Assembly (NCBI GenBank): GCA_023397655.1
Contig: JAEWTW010000057.1
Location: 50,842 to 114,841, forward strand
Direction of reading: 5' to 3'
Source: Bacillota bacterium
Lineage (GTDB): Bacteria; Bacillota; Clostridia; Christensenellales; SZUA-584
DNA: 64,000 nucleotides
Notes under the pieces: model-generated
What the model saw: only the letters and a program-made list of their open reading frames with translations
Database searches by the model: none
Told to the model about the DNA's origin: nothing
Shown: one piece after another, positions 45,314 through 54,981 of the stretch
Layout: the number at the start of each line of letters is the position of its first letter
Position numbering within the stretch: position 1 is the stretch's first letter
Made by a program: the position numbers and the translations under genes

Positions 45314-46078
45314 TTAAAGCTCAAAATCCTTTTCATCGAGGTTGGGATACACGTCTTTAAGCGGCGTGTAGTCGGAGGCCGGATTGCCGGATAACTGCAC
45401 GGTCTTGAGCTGGGAGAGCCCGGACAGCGGTAACAGGTCGGTCACCTGATTATCCTCCATACAGAGATAGACCAGGTTTTTCATACCGGAGAGTGCGCTG
45501 ATGTCGGTGATCTGGTTGCCCTTTATCCATATGCTTTGCATCTGCGTCATGCCCTCGAGTGCGCTGATGTCCGAGATCTTGTTGCCCCATATCCAAAGGT
45601 CCTTCATATTGGTCATGCCGGACAGCGCGCTGATAACAGCGATATCGTCGCAGCAGACATATAGGCATTCCAGCTGTGTCAAAGCGGCCAGCGGGCTTAT
45701 GTCAAAGGCTTCGCCGTCATTGTACAGCGCCCAGTTGAGGTTTAGATTTGTCAGGTTGGGGAATTGCGCAAGGTCGCTGACGTCTGCAACTCTGGGGATC
45801 GGAATGCCGCCTTCCATCTGCAGGTCCAGCGCTGTAACGGCTTCCGCCTCGGCAAGCGTGATGTCGCCCTCCGGCTTGTTCATGGCCTTACGTACCAGCT
45901 CTTCCAGCACAACGTCGGTGAACACGACGGCTGGCTCAGGCGTCGGTTCTGCCTTGGGCTGGGGCGTCGTCGCTTCGGTAGAGGCGGGTAACGGTTCCGG
46001 CGGAGCGGCAGGCGCACCGCACGCGGCCAGACCCAGCATCAGCAGCAATGCAAACATCAGATGTGAAGCTCTTTTCAT
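45314..46078 (-). CDS. Leucine-rich-repeat lipoprotein (internalin-like LRR)
   Basis: Lipobox LGLAACG, a Pro/Ala/Glu-rich linker, the shared VVFTD..LE..VRKAMNKPEGDITLAEAEAVT module, then ~22-aa LRR units (ISALSGMTNMKDLWIWGNKISDISALEGMT...). Confidence 0.8.
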   Translation of the reverse strand: MKRASHLMFALLLMLGLAACGAPAAPPEPLPASTEATTPQPKAEPTPEPAVVFTDVVLEELVRKAMNKPEGDITLAEAEAVTALDLQMEGGIPIPRVADVSDLAQFPNLTNLNLNWALYNDGEAFDISPLAALTQLECLYVCCDDIAVISALSGMTNMKDLWIWGNKISDISALEGMTQMQSIWIKGNQITDISALSGMKNLVYLCMEDNQVTDLLPLSGLSQLKTVQLSGNPASDYTPLKDVYPNLDEKDFEL

Positions 46079-46107
46079 CGTTTATCTCCTTATGAAAATG
46101 ATTGTGG

Positions 46108-46947
46108 TCACATCTCAAAGTCTTTGTTCTCAAGATTTGGGTAGATGTCCGCCAGCGGTGAATAATCGGTGACCGGACAGTCCTCCAAGTACAAACTTTT
46201 CAGATTGACGAGGTCTTTCAGCGGCGATACGTCACTGACATCGGAGCCGCGCAGGCTGACTTCAACAAGGCTCGTCAGTCCGGCGGCGGGGCTTAGGTCG
46301 GTGACGCCGGAAAACTCTATATTCAGCCTTTGTAGGTTTTTAAAGTTGGTGACAATGCTGATATCGGTAAGCTCCTTTCCGCCCTGTATCCAGAGCATCT
46401 CCATCTTTGTCATGCCCACCAGCCGTTGCATATCAGCGTTTGTAAAGCTGTCGCTGGAAATTATTAAATCCATCATCCCAGTCAATTCGGACAGTGCCGA
46501 GAAATCCTTAACGCTCCGCGCGTCGAAATAATATAACGCAAACAGGTTTTTCATTCCGGCCAGCGGGGCTAAATCCTCGATCTGATGATAAGACAGGTCA
46601 AGGCTCTGCAGGTTTTTGAAATATTGAAGTGCGCTTATGTCCTTGATTCTTGGGGTTGAGCTGCTGCTGGGGTCTTGAACTCTGAAATCGAAGCGTTCCA
46701 CCGCTTCCGCTTCCGCGACGGTGATGTCGCCCTCCGGTTTTCCCATCGCTTCGCGCACCATATCCTCCAGCGCGTCGTCGGTGAACTCAACGACAGGCTC
46801 CGCCAAAGGCTCTGGTGTGGGGTCTGCCGTTGGGGCTACCGTGGGGGCTGCTGTGGGAACGGGCGTTTCCACAGCTAAGGGGGTACCACAGGCGGCAAGG
46901 CTCAGCGCCAGCGCCCCAGCCAGAATCATCCGTACAACTCTCTTCAT
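46108..46947 (-). CDS. Leucine-rich-repeat lipoprotein, paralog
   Basis: Lipobox LSLAACG, and the same linker, EFTDDALEDMVREAMGKPEGDITVAEAEAV module and LRR layout. Confidence 0.8.
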   Translation of the reverse strand: MKRVVRMILAGALALSLAACGTPLAVETPVPTAAPTVAPTADPTPEPLAEPVVEFTDDALEDMVREAMGKPEGDITVAEAEAVERFDFRVQDPSSSSTPRIKDISALQYFKNLQSLDLSYHQIEDLAPLAGMKNLFALYYFDARSVKDFSALSELTGMMDLIISSDSFTNADMQRLVGMTKMEMLWIQGGKELTDISIVTNFKNLQRLNIEFSGVTDLSPAAGLTSLVEVSLRGSDVSDVSPLKDLVNLKSLYLEDCPVTDYSPLADIYPNLENKDFEM

Positions 46948-47113
46948 CGGGGTATCCCTCCTGTAATCAGATACACATCCGGGTGTTTGCTAATCTCCAA
47001 AGAAAAACCGGCAACCGCCGGGGGTGCTTCAATCTTTGCTGAAAGCCTGGAACTCACCGAAATTATTATACTGAATATAAAGCCTTTGCGGGTATGCACG
47101 AAGCACACATCGG

Positions 47114-48709
47114 TCACTCATAGACGATATCAAAACGGGCTCCCGCAAGCTGCGCCTCCGCCATCGGCCGCAGTTCCTCGCTCAGCTTTACGGTGCCAAG
47201 GTACGGCAGCTCCAGCAGCGGTGTCAGGTCTTCGATGGGGTTCTGCTTCAGGTCAGCGTAGGTGAGGTGTTTCAGCTGTTTAAGTGGAGAAATATCGCGG
47301 ATACGGCAGTTGAGCAGCACCAGCCGCTCCAGATTGTGGAAACGGACGACGATGCTGATATCGTGCAGCTGTGTGCTCTCCACCCAGAAGGAAACAAGCG
47401 AGGTCATACCGTCGCAGGCTTGTACATTGACGTCGGTGATCGGGCAGCCCACCAGCATGATATCCTTCATGCCCGTCAGACCTTTGAGCGGGGAGAAATC
47501 CTGAATATCTCCGTTGCCGTTCAGGTGCAGCGTTTCCAGCTGCGTGAGGCCGGACAACGATGAGATGTCGTCCACACTGTTCCAGTCCAGTTTCAGGCTG
47601 CGCAGGTTCGGGAACCGGGCGAGCGCACCGATCTGGGTGAGGCGCATGTCTGCCGGTGCGCCGGGGTTGTCATTGGAGAGATCCAGCTCGGTGACCGCTG
47701 CCGCCTGCTCAATGGTGATTGTGCCGGATTGGCGGTCCATCGCGACGCGCACACGCTGCTCCAGCAAAGCGTCGTCGAACACCACCGGCTGGTTGTCGAT
47801 GAACAGACCATCCACCACGGGCACACTGATATCCGTGAAGCGCCCCGCTGCGTAACCCACCACGATCAGCAGCACAGCCGCAAGAACTGCAGCGGCTGCC
47901 CCGATAGCGCGGCCTTTGATGCGGCTGCCATATGCGTTGATCGCTCGGTACAGCTGCAAGGCACTGTGGTAACGCTTCTTCGGATCGAACGCCGTGCACC
48001 GGACGATGATGCGCCTGAGCGCCGCGGAGCGTACCATCGGCAGAGCGGTGGAAAAATCGCTGCGTCCCGTCAGCATCCACGCCAGCACCACGCCCAGCGC
48101 GTAGATATCCGCGCGGCAGTCGGTCTGCGAAAAGCCGTACTGCTCGGGCGGAGAAAAGCCGTGCGTACCCATGAAGACGGTGTCGCTGCCTGCTCCTGCC
48201 GCATATTCACGCGCGATGCCGAAGTCTATCAGCGTCGCACGGCGCGTTTCGGGGTTAATAATGATGTTGGATGGCTTTATGTCGCGGTGAATCACCGGCG
48301 GTTTCTGACAGTGCAGATACGTGAGTATACTGCACAGCTGTTTTGCAATATCCAGCGCGTCATATTCAGGCAGCGGCCTTTGCGCATACTCATCCAGCGG
48401 CACGCCCGGTATGTATTCACGGACCAGAAAGACATGCCCGTCCATTTCGTATTTGCCAGAAAAACCCGCCAGACCGGGATGTGACAGGCGGGGGAGTATG
48501 TCTGCTTCGGGCAGACGGTTATCAGAGGCGCATCGGCGTGCTACCGCCATGCCGCCGTCCGATTTGGATTTGAGCAGGTAGGTTTCGCTCTGTTCGTTTT
48601 CCGACAGCAGCTCCAGCGGGACATACTTGTCCAGCAATGCGGCGGGAAATTGCTCCGTACCGAACTGCCGCGCAAAAGCGGTCGCGTGCGATTCCGGCGT
48701 GCTACTCAT
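47114..48709 (-). CDS. Ser/Thr protein kinase with TM helix and extracellular LRR domain
   Basis: ATG 48709 overlaps the upstream stop (ATGAGTAG). HRDIKPSNII, DFGIA, TM segment AIGAAAAVLAAVLLIVVGYAAG, then FDDALLEQRVRVAMDRQSGTITIEQAAAVT plus LRR units. Confidence 0.85.
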   Translation of the reverse strand: MSSTPESHATAFARQFGTEQFPAALLDKYVPLELLSENEQSETYLLKSKSDGGMAVARRCASDNRLPEADILPRLSHPGLAGFSGKYEMDGHVFLVREYIPGVPLDEYAQRPLPEYDALDIAKQLCSILTYLHCQKPPVIHRDIKPSNIIINPETRRATLIDFGIAREYAAGAGSDTVFMGTHGFSPPEQYGFSQTDCRADIYALGVVLAWMLTGRSDFSTALPMVRSAALRRIIVRCTAFDPKKRYHSALQLYRAINAYGSRIKGRAIGAAAAVLAAVLLIVVGYAAGRFTDISVPVVDGLFIDNQPVVFDDALLEQRVRVAMDRQSGTITIEQAAAVTELDLSNDNPGAPADMRLTQIGALARFPNLRSLKLDWNSVDDISSLSGLTQLETLHLNGNGDIQDFSPLKGLTGMKDIMLVGCPITDVNVQACDGMTSLVSFWVESTQLHDISIVVRFHNLERLVLLNCRIRDISPLKQLKHLTYADLKQNPIEDLTPLLELPYLGTVKLSEELRPMAEAQLAGARFDIVYE

Positions 48710-49163
48710 AGCGCCCCTCCCGTCCGATGAGCGGCAGAGCAAGCTCCTGCAGCGTGGCCTGAGCGTCGAAAAAGCCGATGCCGTTGTTGAGGCAGTACAT
48801 GATAACGGCGTCCCGCTTGATCTTGGGATACAGCGGGCTTTTGCAGGCGATCTTGAGCAGCTCCTGCGCTTCATCCACGTTCATCGAGAAGCCAAACGCG
48901 AGCTGGATCACCTTGTCCCGCGAGGGCTGGCGAAGGCCGCTGAACAGCTGGTGGCCGTACGTGCGGTCGATGCCGCCGTTTTTGATCACGCGCTCACAGA
49001 CGAGGTCCTTCTCAGCACAGATACGCTGTATGTATTCGCGGAACGTCGTCTTGAGGAAGGCGCTGTCGTAGGTGTTCATGAAAGCTTTGAGGCGGGCGGT
49101 TTTAAACAGCCGGTGCATCAGCGTGCTGGTGCTCACGGCGGCGCGAACGGGTTGCTTTTTCAT
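48702..49163 (-). CDS. Small HTH-like protein, translationally coupled to the kinase
   Basis: ATG 49163 (MKKQPVRAAV) follows AAGGA. RTYGHQLFSGLRQPSRDKVIQLAFGFSMNVDEAQELL resembles an XRE-type HTH. Function is tentative. Confidence 0.45.
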   Translation of the reverse strand: MKKQPVRAAVSTSTLMHRLFKTARLKAFMNTYDSAFLKTTFREYIQRICAEKDLVCERVIKNGGIDRTYGHQLFSGLRQPSRDKVIQLAFGFSMNVDEAQELLKIACKSPLYPKIKRDAVIMYCLNNGIGFFDAQATLQELALPLIGREGRYE

Positions 49164-49441
49164 GCTTCTTTGTCCTTTGCAGTACCAGGCTATTGGCAGG
49201 TTTGGCTGAAGTAAGGCCCATGAGGGGTTTGTATGAAGTGTGGCTTCACGAACCAAGTCCATTATACAGCCATAAATATACAAAATAAAGAACAATATGA
49301 CTATGTATGCAAAATGAGATTATGAAGACGACGGGCCTTCTGCAAATAAATCTTTCGTTTTTCGACAAAAAAGAGTATTCTGATGAAGATACATTTCTTA
49401 AGGTATGGATTCATACTATCATCATAAGATCGGGGAACGCT

Positions 49442-50701
49442 ATGGGGACAAAACTCACGCTGCAGCAGAAGCTGGAAAGAAAGCACATGGGCAAGCCGCC
49501 CGCACTTCTCTACTGGATTTTGATACGCATATGGATGTTGGCGCTGTGCAAGAAGCTTGGCATCACGTTCACATACAACGCGCGCCCCGGCAAGGATAAA
49601 AACCCCTACGTGCTGGTGGGCAACCACGCCTCGCGCGTGGACTACCTGTACAGCGCGCCCGCGGTGCTGCCGCACCGGCTGAACTACGTGGTGGGCTACA
49701 ACGAATTCTTCCGTTCCCACCTGTATCCCATATTCTCATTGATGCAGGTGATACCCAAGCGCAACTTCGCACCGGACGTACACGCAGTGTCCGAGATCAT
49801 GCGCGTGATCAAAAACGGCGGGCGCGTGTGCCTGTTCCCCGAGGGCATGAGCTCCATATCGGGCGGCGGGCAGCCATGCGCAGTGGGCACCGGGCGCCTG
49901 CTCAAAAAGCTGGGCGTCACGGTATATTACATCAAGATCGCCGGGGGCTACATGACCAATACCAAGCACTGTCTGGATACGCGTCCGGGCCGCGTGGAGG
50001 TGGTGGTGGACACGCTGTTCACGCCGGAACAGCTGCAAGCCCTGAGTGCCGACGAGATACAGGAAACGCTGAACCGCGAGCTCGCTCACGACGATTACCT
50101 GTGGAATAGGCAGGCGCGGGTAAAGTTCGACGGCAGGGGTGAGATGGCCAAAAGCCTGCACGATCTGTTGTATCTGTGCCCCAAATGCGGCGGCCTGCAT
50201 ACGATGCGCGGCGAGGGAGATGTGATCCGCTGCGCGGCGTGTTCCAACGGCGCGCGCATCAACGAATACTACGACCTCGTACCGCTGGATGAGAATTGCG
50301 TGATACCCGAAACGATATCGCATTGGTATGCGCTGCAGCGCGAAAAAGCGAAAGCAGAGGTTGGTGCGGAGGATTTCGCGCACAGCGGACGCGTGAAGCT
50401 GGGCGTGCTGCCGAAGCACAAGCGGTTGAACAAGAGCGAGACCTCCGTCATTGCGGGGGAAGGGACGCTGACGCTGTCCCGCGCGGGGCTTGCGTATGCG
50501 GGTACGAAGGACGGCGAGCCGTTCACGTTCACGCTGCCCACCGATGCTGTACCCACGTTCGGCATGTGCACCGACATATCCCGCTTCTACACGTTCCATC
50601 AGGGCGACTTCTACGAGTTCTATCCCGAAAACAATGACACGATGCGCTGGTTCCATCTGACGGAGGAACTGCACCGCGTGTGCGGCGGCAAATGGCGCTG
50701 A
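49442..50701 (+). CDS. PlsC-family lysophospholipid acyltransferase with a C-terminal Cys4 ribbon-containing domain
   Basis: HX4D motif (NHASRVD), FPEG, and CPKCGG...CAACSNG. The start is uncertain; ATG 49442 was chosen within ORF 49307-50701. Confidence 0.75.
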   Translation: MGTKLTLQQKLERKHMGKPPALLYWILIRIWMLALCKKLGITFTYNARPGKDKNPYVLVGNHASRVDYLYSAPAVLPHRLNYVVGYNEFFRSHLYPIFSLMQVIPKRNFAPDVHAVSEIMRVIKNGGRVCLFPEGMSSISGGGQPCAVGTGRLLKKLGVTVYYIKIAGGYMTNTKHCLDTRPGRVEVVVDTLFTPEQLQALSADEIQETLNRELAHDDYLWNRQARVKFDGRGEMAKSLHDLLYLCPKCGGLHTMRGEGDVIRCAACSNGARINEYYDLVPLDENCVIPETISHWYALQREKAKAEVGAEDFAHSGRVKLGVLPKHKRLNKSETSVIAGEGTLTLSRAGLAYAGTKDGEPFTFTLPTDAVPTFGMCTDISRFYTFHQGDFYEFYPENNDTMRWFHLTEELHRVCGGKWR

Positions 50702-51373
50702 TCAGATTATGCGCAGGAAGAAGCTTGCGGCGATGAGCGTCTGCGCCGCGATATAAGGCGCCATGATCTTCAAATGGCTGTGTTTGGTTTCGCCGCGGAA
50801 CACCTCGAAGACGAGGAATGTATCGGACAGTCCAAACAGCAGCGTGCCGCCCAGCAGCACAAATGAACCGAGGCTCAGTGTCGCAACGGCGTCCAGTGCG
50901 GCGGATGCGCACAGTGTGCCCAGCAGCAGAAAATAGAGTGGTCCCGTTACCAGTTGAAGCTTCGGCAGATAGTGCCGGAGCTTTCTGAATATCTGCCACA
51001 GAACGGATAAGAACACGACCGCTGCCACAGCGATGCACCATCCGGGCGGCGGCGTCATCACCAGGTACAGTTGTATGAGATACAGCACGTGTCCGATGGA
51101 AAAGAACGCGGGCCCGATGGTCAGCCCCACAGCGTTGTGTTGGTCCAGCAGCGCGATATCGCCCGCGCAGCCTGCAATCAGCCCGAGCATCACGCGCCAG
51201 GGCAGCAGCGCAGTGGTAGACACTGTCCAGAACAATACGAACGTCACCGCGAGCAGCGGCATCAGCAGCGCCTTGGTGATGCACCGAAGCACTTCCCAAC
51301 CGCGGGCAGCGGCAACGAAATGGATTGCGATATCGGCGGCAAAGAGCGCCGCAGCCGCGTAACCGAACACCAT
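50702..51373 (-). CDS. YhhN-family lysoplasmalogenase-like membrane protein
   Basis: ITKALLMPLL motif, multi-TM. ATG 51373 follows AGGAGGGG. Confidence 0.7.
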   Translation of the reverse strand: MVFGYAAAALFAADIAIHFVAAARGWEVLRCITKALLMPLLAVTFVLFWTVSTTALLPWRVMLGLIAGCAGDIALLDQHNAVGLTIGPAFFSIGHVLYLIQLYLVMTPPPGWCIAVAAVVFLSVLWQIFRKLRHYLPKLQLVTGPLYFLLLGTLCASAALDAVATLSLGSFVLLGGTLLFGLSDTFLVFEVFRGETKHSHLKIMAPYIAAQTLIAASFFLRII

Positions 51374-51528
51374 ACAGCCCCTCCTGTTATGCATGCAAAT
51401 TTAAGGTTGATTATACCATATATTGACGATTGATGAAAGAACCTGACTCCTTGCATAGAAAATTATTTGTTTCAAGGCTCCAAATTGCGCCGATATAATC
51501 AGTGAAACAACTCAAAGGAGGAAGAAAT

Positions 51529-51930
51529 ATGCCTTGGAACCCGAGCCTCGCAGTGGGCGTTGACATGATCGATGAGCAGCACAAAAAGTGGTTCGAGATG
51601 GCCGACCAGCTTTTTGAGGCGGGCCGGAACCGCAAAGCAGGAGAGTTTATCGTTCAGATGTTTTTGTTTCTTGAAGACTACACCAAAAAACACTTCAGCG
51701 ATGAAGAGAGGTATATGCAAAGCGTTAAATATCCGGAATACGAGGCGCAAAAAGCGATGCATGCCGATTTTATTAAGCGGCTGACCGCTCTCAAAGCCGA
51801 GTTTGATACGTCCGGCGGCAATATCGCCGTGATCATGGATGCCAACCAGATGGTACTGAACTGGCTCACCAATCATATCTCCAAGCAGGACAGGAAGATA
51901 GGGGACTACGTCAAAGCCGCAAGAGTATAG
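51529..51930 (+). CDS. Bacteriohemerythrin
   Basis: W.PSLAVGVDMIDEQHKKWF, HFSDEE and H.DF motifs. RBS AAAGGAGGAAG. Confidence 0.85.
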   Translation: MPWNPSLAVGVDMIDEQHKKWFEMADQLFEAGRNRKAGEFIVQMFLFLEDYTKKHFSDEERYMQSVKYPEYEAQKAMHADFIKRLTALKAEFDTSGGNIAVIMDANQMVLNWLTNHISKQDRKIGDYVKAARV

Positions 51931-51938
51931 TTAGTGCA

Positions 51939-51980
51939 AAACCCGTCAGATTTTCAGTCGAATAGCTGACGGGTTTTTTG
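51939..51980 (+). terminator. Rho-independent terminator
   Basis: AACCCGTCAG-N16-CTGACGGGTT followed by TTTTG. Confidence 0.8.
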
Positions 51981-52115
51981 CTGCGCTGATAAATATGTAC
52001 AATCGGTAAAATTTGATACGGGTATACATATATTATTTCAGCACTGACTGTTTGTGGTATAATATACATGTAAGGCGTAATAGATTCTTACATCAAAGCA
52101 AACGGGGGTATTGGC

Positions 52116-54125
52116 ATGGATACTTGGATTTTGGCACTGGCTATTGTCGTCGGCGTATTCCTGTTCTTTAAGGTCATTCTCGGCTTTCGCATCATCCCCA
52201 ACAACAAGACCGCCATCGTCGAAAAGTGGTGGTCTCCCAGAGGCTCGCTCAACGAGCAGATCATCGCGCTGAAAGGGGAAGCCGGTTACCAGCCGAAGAT
52301 ACTGCGCGGCGGCATCCATTTTTTAAGCCCGCTGATGTACAAGGTGCGCATCTGCCCGCTGGTCACGGTACCGCAGGGGCAGATCGCCTATGTGTTTGCG
52401 CGGGACGGACAACCGCTTGCACCCACACAGACGCTGGGCCGCGTGATCCCCGAAGGCAGCAACTTTCAGGATACGCGGGGGTTTCTGGAGAACGGCGGGC
52501 AAAAGGGCCCGCAGCGCGGTATCATCCGTGAAGGCACGTACGCGTTTAACCTTGCGCAGTTCATCATCATCACGCAGGACAAGATCTACTATCTGCCGAT
52601 GGGCAACCGATTTGAGGAAGCCACCATCGCCAGCATGTCCGAGCAGCTCAAAGAGCGCAACGGTTTTCGGCCCATCGTAATCAAGGGAACCGACGACAAG
52701 GTGGGCATCGTCACGGTGCACGACGGCCTGTCGCTCGCGAAGGACGACATCATCGCGCCTGCCGTGGGCACGGACCCGTCCTACCCGGAGACGTACCACA
52801 ACAACTTTCAGGACCCTGAGAAGTTCCTCAAGGCCGGCGGTTACCGGGGCCGGCAATATCAGGTGCTGGTGGAAGGCACATATTTCATCAACCGCTTCTT
52901 CGCCACGGTGGAGCTGATCGACAAATCGATCATCGACGTAGGCTTCGTGGGCGTGGTGGTATCGTACATCGGCCCCAAGGGCGTGGACTCCACGGGCGAG
53001 AGCTACAAGCACGGCGAGCTGGTGCAGATAGGCTCCCGCGGTGTGTGGCAGGAGCCGCTGATGCCCGGTAAATACGCGTTCAACCTGTATGCCGGAAAGA
53101 TCATCCGCGTTCCCACCACCAACATCATATTGAAGTGGATACGCAACCAGGCGGGCTCGCACAAGTACGACGAGAACCTGACGGAAGTCAGCCTCATCAC
53201 CAAGGACGCGTTCGAGCCGTCGCTGCCGCTGTCCGTCGTGATGCACATCGACTACAAGAAAGCGCCGCTGGTGATACAGCGCTTCGGCGACATCAAGATG
53301 CTGGTGGACCAGACGCTGGATCCGATGGTGTCCGCGTACTTCAAGAACATCGGCCAGACCAAGACGCTCATCCAGCTGATACAGGAGCGCAGCGAGATAC
53401 AGGACACCGCCTCACGTGAGATGAAGGCCAAGTTCGAGCACTACAATCTGGAGCTGGAGGAAGTGCTGATCGGCACGCCGTCTGCGTCCGAGCACGATGA
53501 TAAGATCGAAGTGATTTTGACGCAGCTGCGCGCGCGGCAGATTGCCATTGAGCAAATTGAGACTTATTCGCAGCAGGAACGTGCGGCGGGCAAGGAGAAG
53601 GAGCTGCGCGAAGCCGAATCACGGGCACAGCAGCAAACGTTCCTCACCGAGTCCGAGATCAACATACAGATCGAGAGCAACCAGGGCAAGGCGGAGTTTC
53701 AGCGTTCACTGCAGCAGGCCGCCAAGATCAAGGCCATCGCGGAAGCCGAGGCGGAGAAGGAAGCCCGCGTGGGTATCGGGCGCGCCATCGCCATCGAGGA
53801 GCAGGTGCGCGCTTACGGCGGCCCGCAGTATCAGGTGGTTCAGGATGTGATGAGCAAGTTCACCGCCGCCATACAGACCGCCGGTGTGGACATCGTGCCC
53901 AAGACGGTTATCAGCATGGGCGGCGAAGGCGGTGGCAGCAATGTCAACGCCTTTGAGATGCTGTTGACGCTGCTGATCAGCGAGCGACTGGGCGTGAAGA
54001 TGGGCGAAGCGAGTGAGGAAGAGGACGTGCGCATCAAGTCCATCAAGGACTCGATCATGAGTGCGCTCGCGAAGGGGACCGAGGCTGCCGCGGACGACAG
54101 CCAGACACCGGCACAGCCGCAGTAA
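52116..54125 (+). CDS. SPFH/band-7 flotillin-like protein
   Basis: 669 aa. N-terminal TM, an SPFH body, and a long Ala/Glu/Gln-rich coiled coil (REAESRAQQQ..., AEAEAEKEARV). Confidence 0.8.
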   Translation: MDTWILALAIVVGVFLFFKVILGFRIIPNNKTAIVEKWWSPRGSLNEQIIALKGEAGYQPKILRGGIHFLSPLMYKVRICPLVTVPQGQIAYVFARDGQPLAPTQTLGRVIPEGSNFQDTRGFLENGGQKGPQRGIIREGTYAFNLAQFIIITQDKIYYLPMGNRFEEATIASMSEQLKERNGFRPIVIKGTDDKVGIVTVHDGLSLAKDDIIAPAVGTDPSYPETYHNNFQDPEKFLKAGGYRGRQYQVLVEGTYFINRFFATVELIDKSIIDVGFVGVVVSYIGPKGVDSTGESYKHGELVQIGSRGVWQEPLMPGKYAFNLYAGKIIRVPTTNIILKWIRNQAGSHKYDENLTEVSLITKDAFEPSLPLSVVMHIDYKKAPLVIQRFGDIKMLVDQTLDPMVSAYFKNIGQTKTLIQLIQERSEIQDTASREMKAKFEHYNLELEEVLIGTPSASEHDDKIEVILTQLRARQIAIEQIETYSQQERAAGKEKELREAESRAQQQTFLTESEINIQIESNQGKAEFQRSLQQAAKIKAIAEAEAEKEARVGIGRAIAIEEQVRAYGGPQYQVVQDVMSKFTAAIQTAGVDIVPKTVISMGGEGGGSNVNAFEMLLTLLISERLGVKMGEASEEEDVRIKSIKDSIMSALAKGTEAAADDSQTPAQPQ

Positions 54126-54148
54126 GAACGACACAAATTAAACGAAAA

Positions 54149-54176
54149 GGCCCGCTGGCATCGGCGGGCCTTTGTG
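54149..54176. terminator. Bidirectional hairpin terminator between convergent genes
   Basis: GGCCCGC-TGGCATCG-GCGGGCC, flanked by AAAA and TTTGTG. Confidence 0.75.
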
Positions 54177-54203
54177 CTGTATAAGGGCAACTCTGATGGG
54201 CGG

Positions 54204-54962
54204 TCAGTCCGTCAGCCACCATGTGACGGATGCAAGATAAGGGCTGACATCCTCATGGAATGCCTTCACATACTGCTGCGCACGCTCCGCTGCCGCTGTT
54301 TCCGTGCCGAAGAAATCGTACGTCTCATGGTACGTCCATTCGTCGCTGCCCGCATAGCTGCCCGCGTCCGGCGCGGAAGCATAATCCGAAACGTGGATGG
54401 TATAATGACGCATCGCCTGCACCGCCTCCGCCAGCCGCTCGAAAATAGGCAGATGGATGCAGTATCGCGGGTCGTTGTCCCTGAGCGCTGCGAGCACTTG
54501 ATGCGCGTCCTGCCAGCACAGAGCGGATATCTCCTCCCGCTGAAACAGGAACGCCTCGGCGGGCCGGTCGTACACCAATGCATAGATTCGGCTAATCTCG
54601 TTGTTGACGAACCTGCTGCCATGAAACTGCGCTTCCCAATACACCCGGTGATCGAACAGAAACATCAGCGCGTCCGTTTCGGTGATGCCCAGCTCTTCAG
54701 CAAGCTCGCGCTCCGCGGCGGAACGAAACGTTTCGCCCACGTCCACATGCCCCGCGCTCGACGTATCCAGACAACCGGGGTACGAGTCCTTGTCGTCGCT
54801 GCGCCGCTGCAGCAGCACTTCAAAACGCCCGTCTTGCCGTACGTTGCGGATCAGCCAAACATGTGCGCTGCCGTGAAGGTCGCCGTCGCGGTGCACATCC
54901 GCACGCTTTTTGAACAGCCCGCTGCCGCTGCCGTCTTCGTTCAATATCTCGATAAGGTCCAT
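54204..54962 (-). CDS. NUDIX hydrolase (canonical Nudix box) with a C-terminal extension
   Basis: GHVDVGETFRSAAERELAEELGI is an intact GX5EX7REUXEEXGU box. ATG 54962 follows GGGAGG. Confidence 0.85.
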   Translation of the reverse strand: MDLIEILNEDGSGSGLFKKRADVHRDGDLHGSAHVWLIRNVRQDGRFEVLLQRRSDDKDSYPGCLDTSSAGHVDVGETFRSAAERELAEELGITETDALMFLFDHRVYWEAQFHGSRFVNNEISRIYALVYDRPAEAFLFQREEISALCWQDAHQVLAALRDNDPRYCIHLPIFERLAEAVQAMRHYTIHVSDYASAPDAGSYAGSDEWTYHETYDFFGTETAAAERAQQYVKAFHEDVSPYLASVTWWLTD

Positions 54963-54981
54963 CGCTAGCCTCCCTGCGGTA

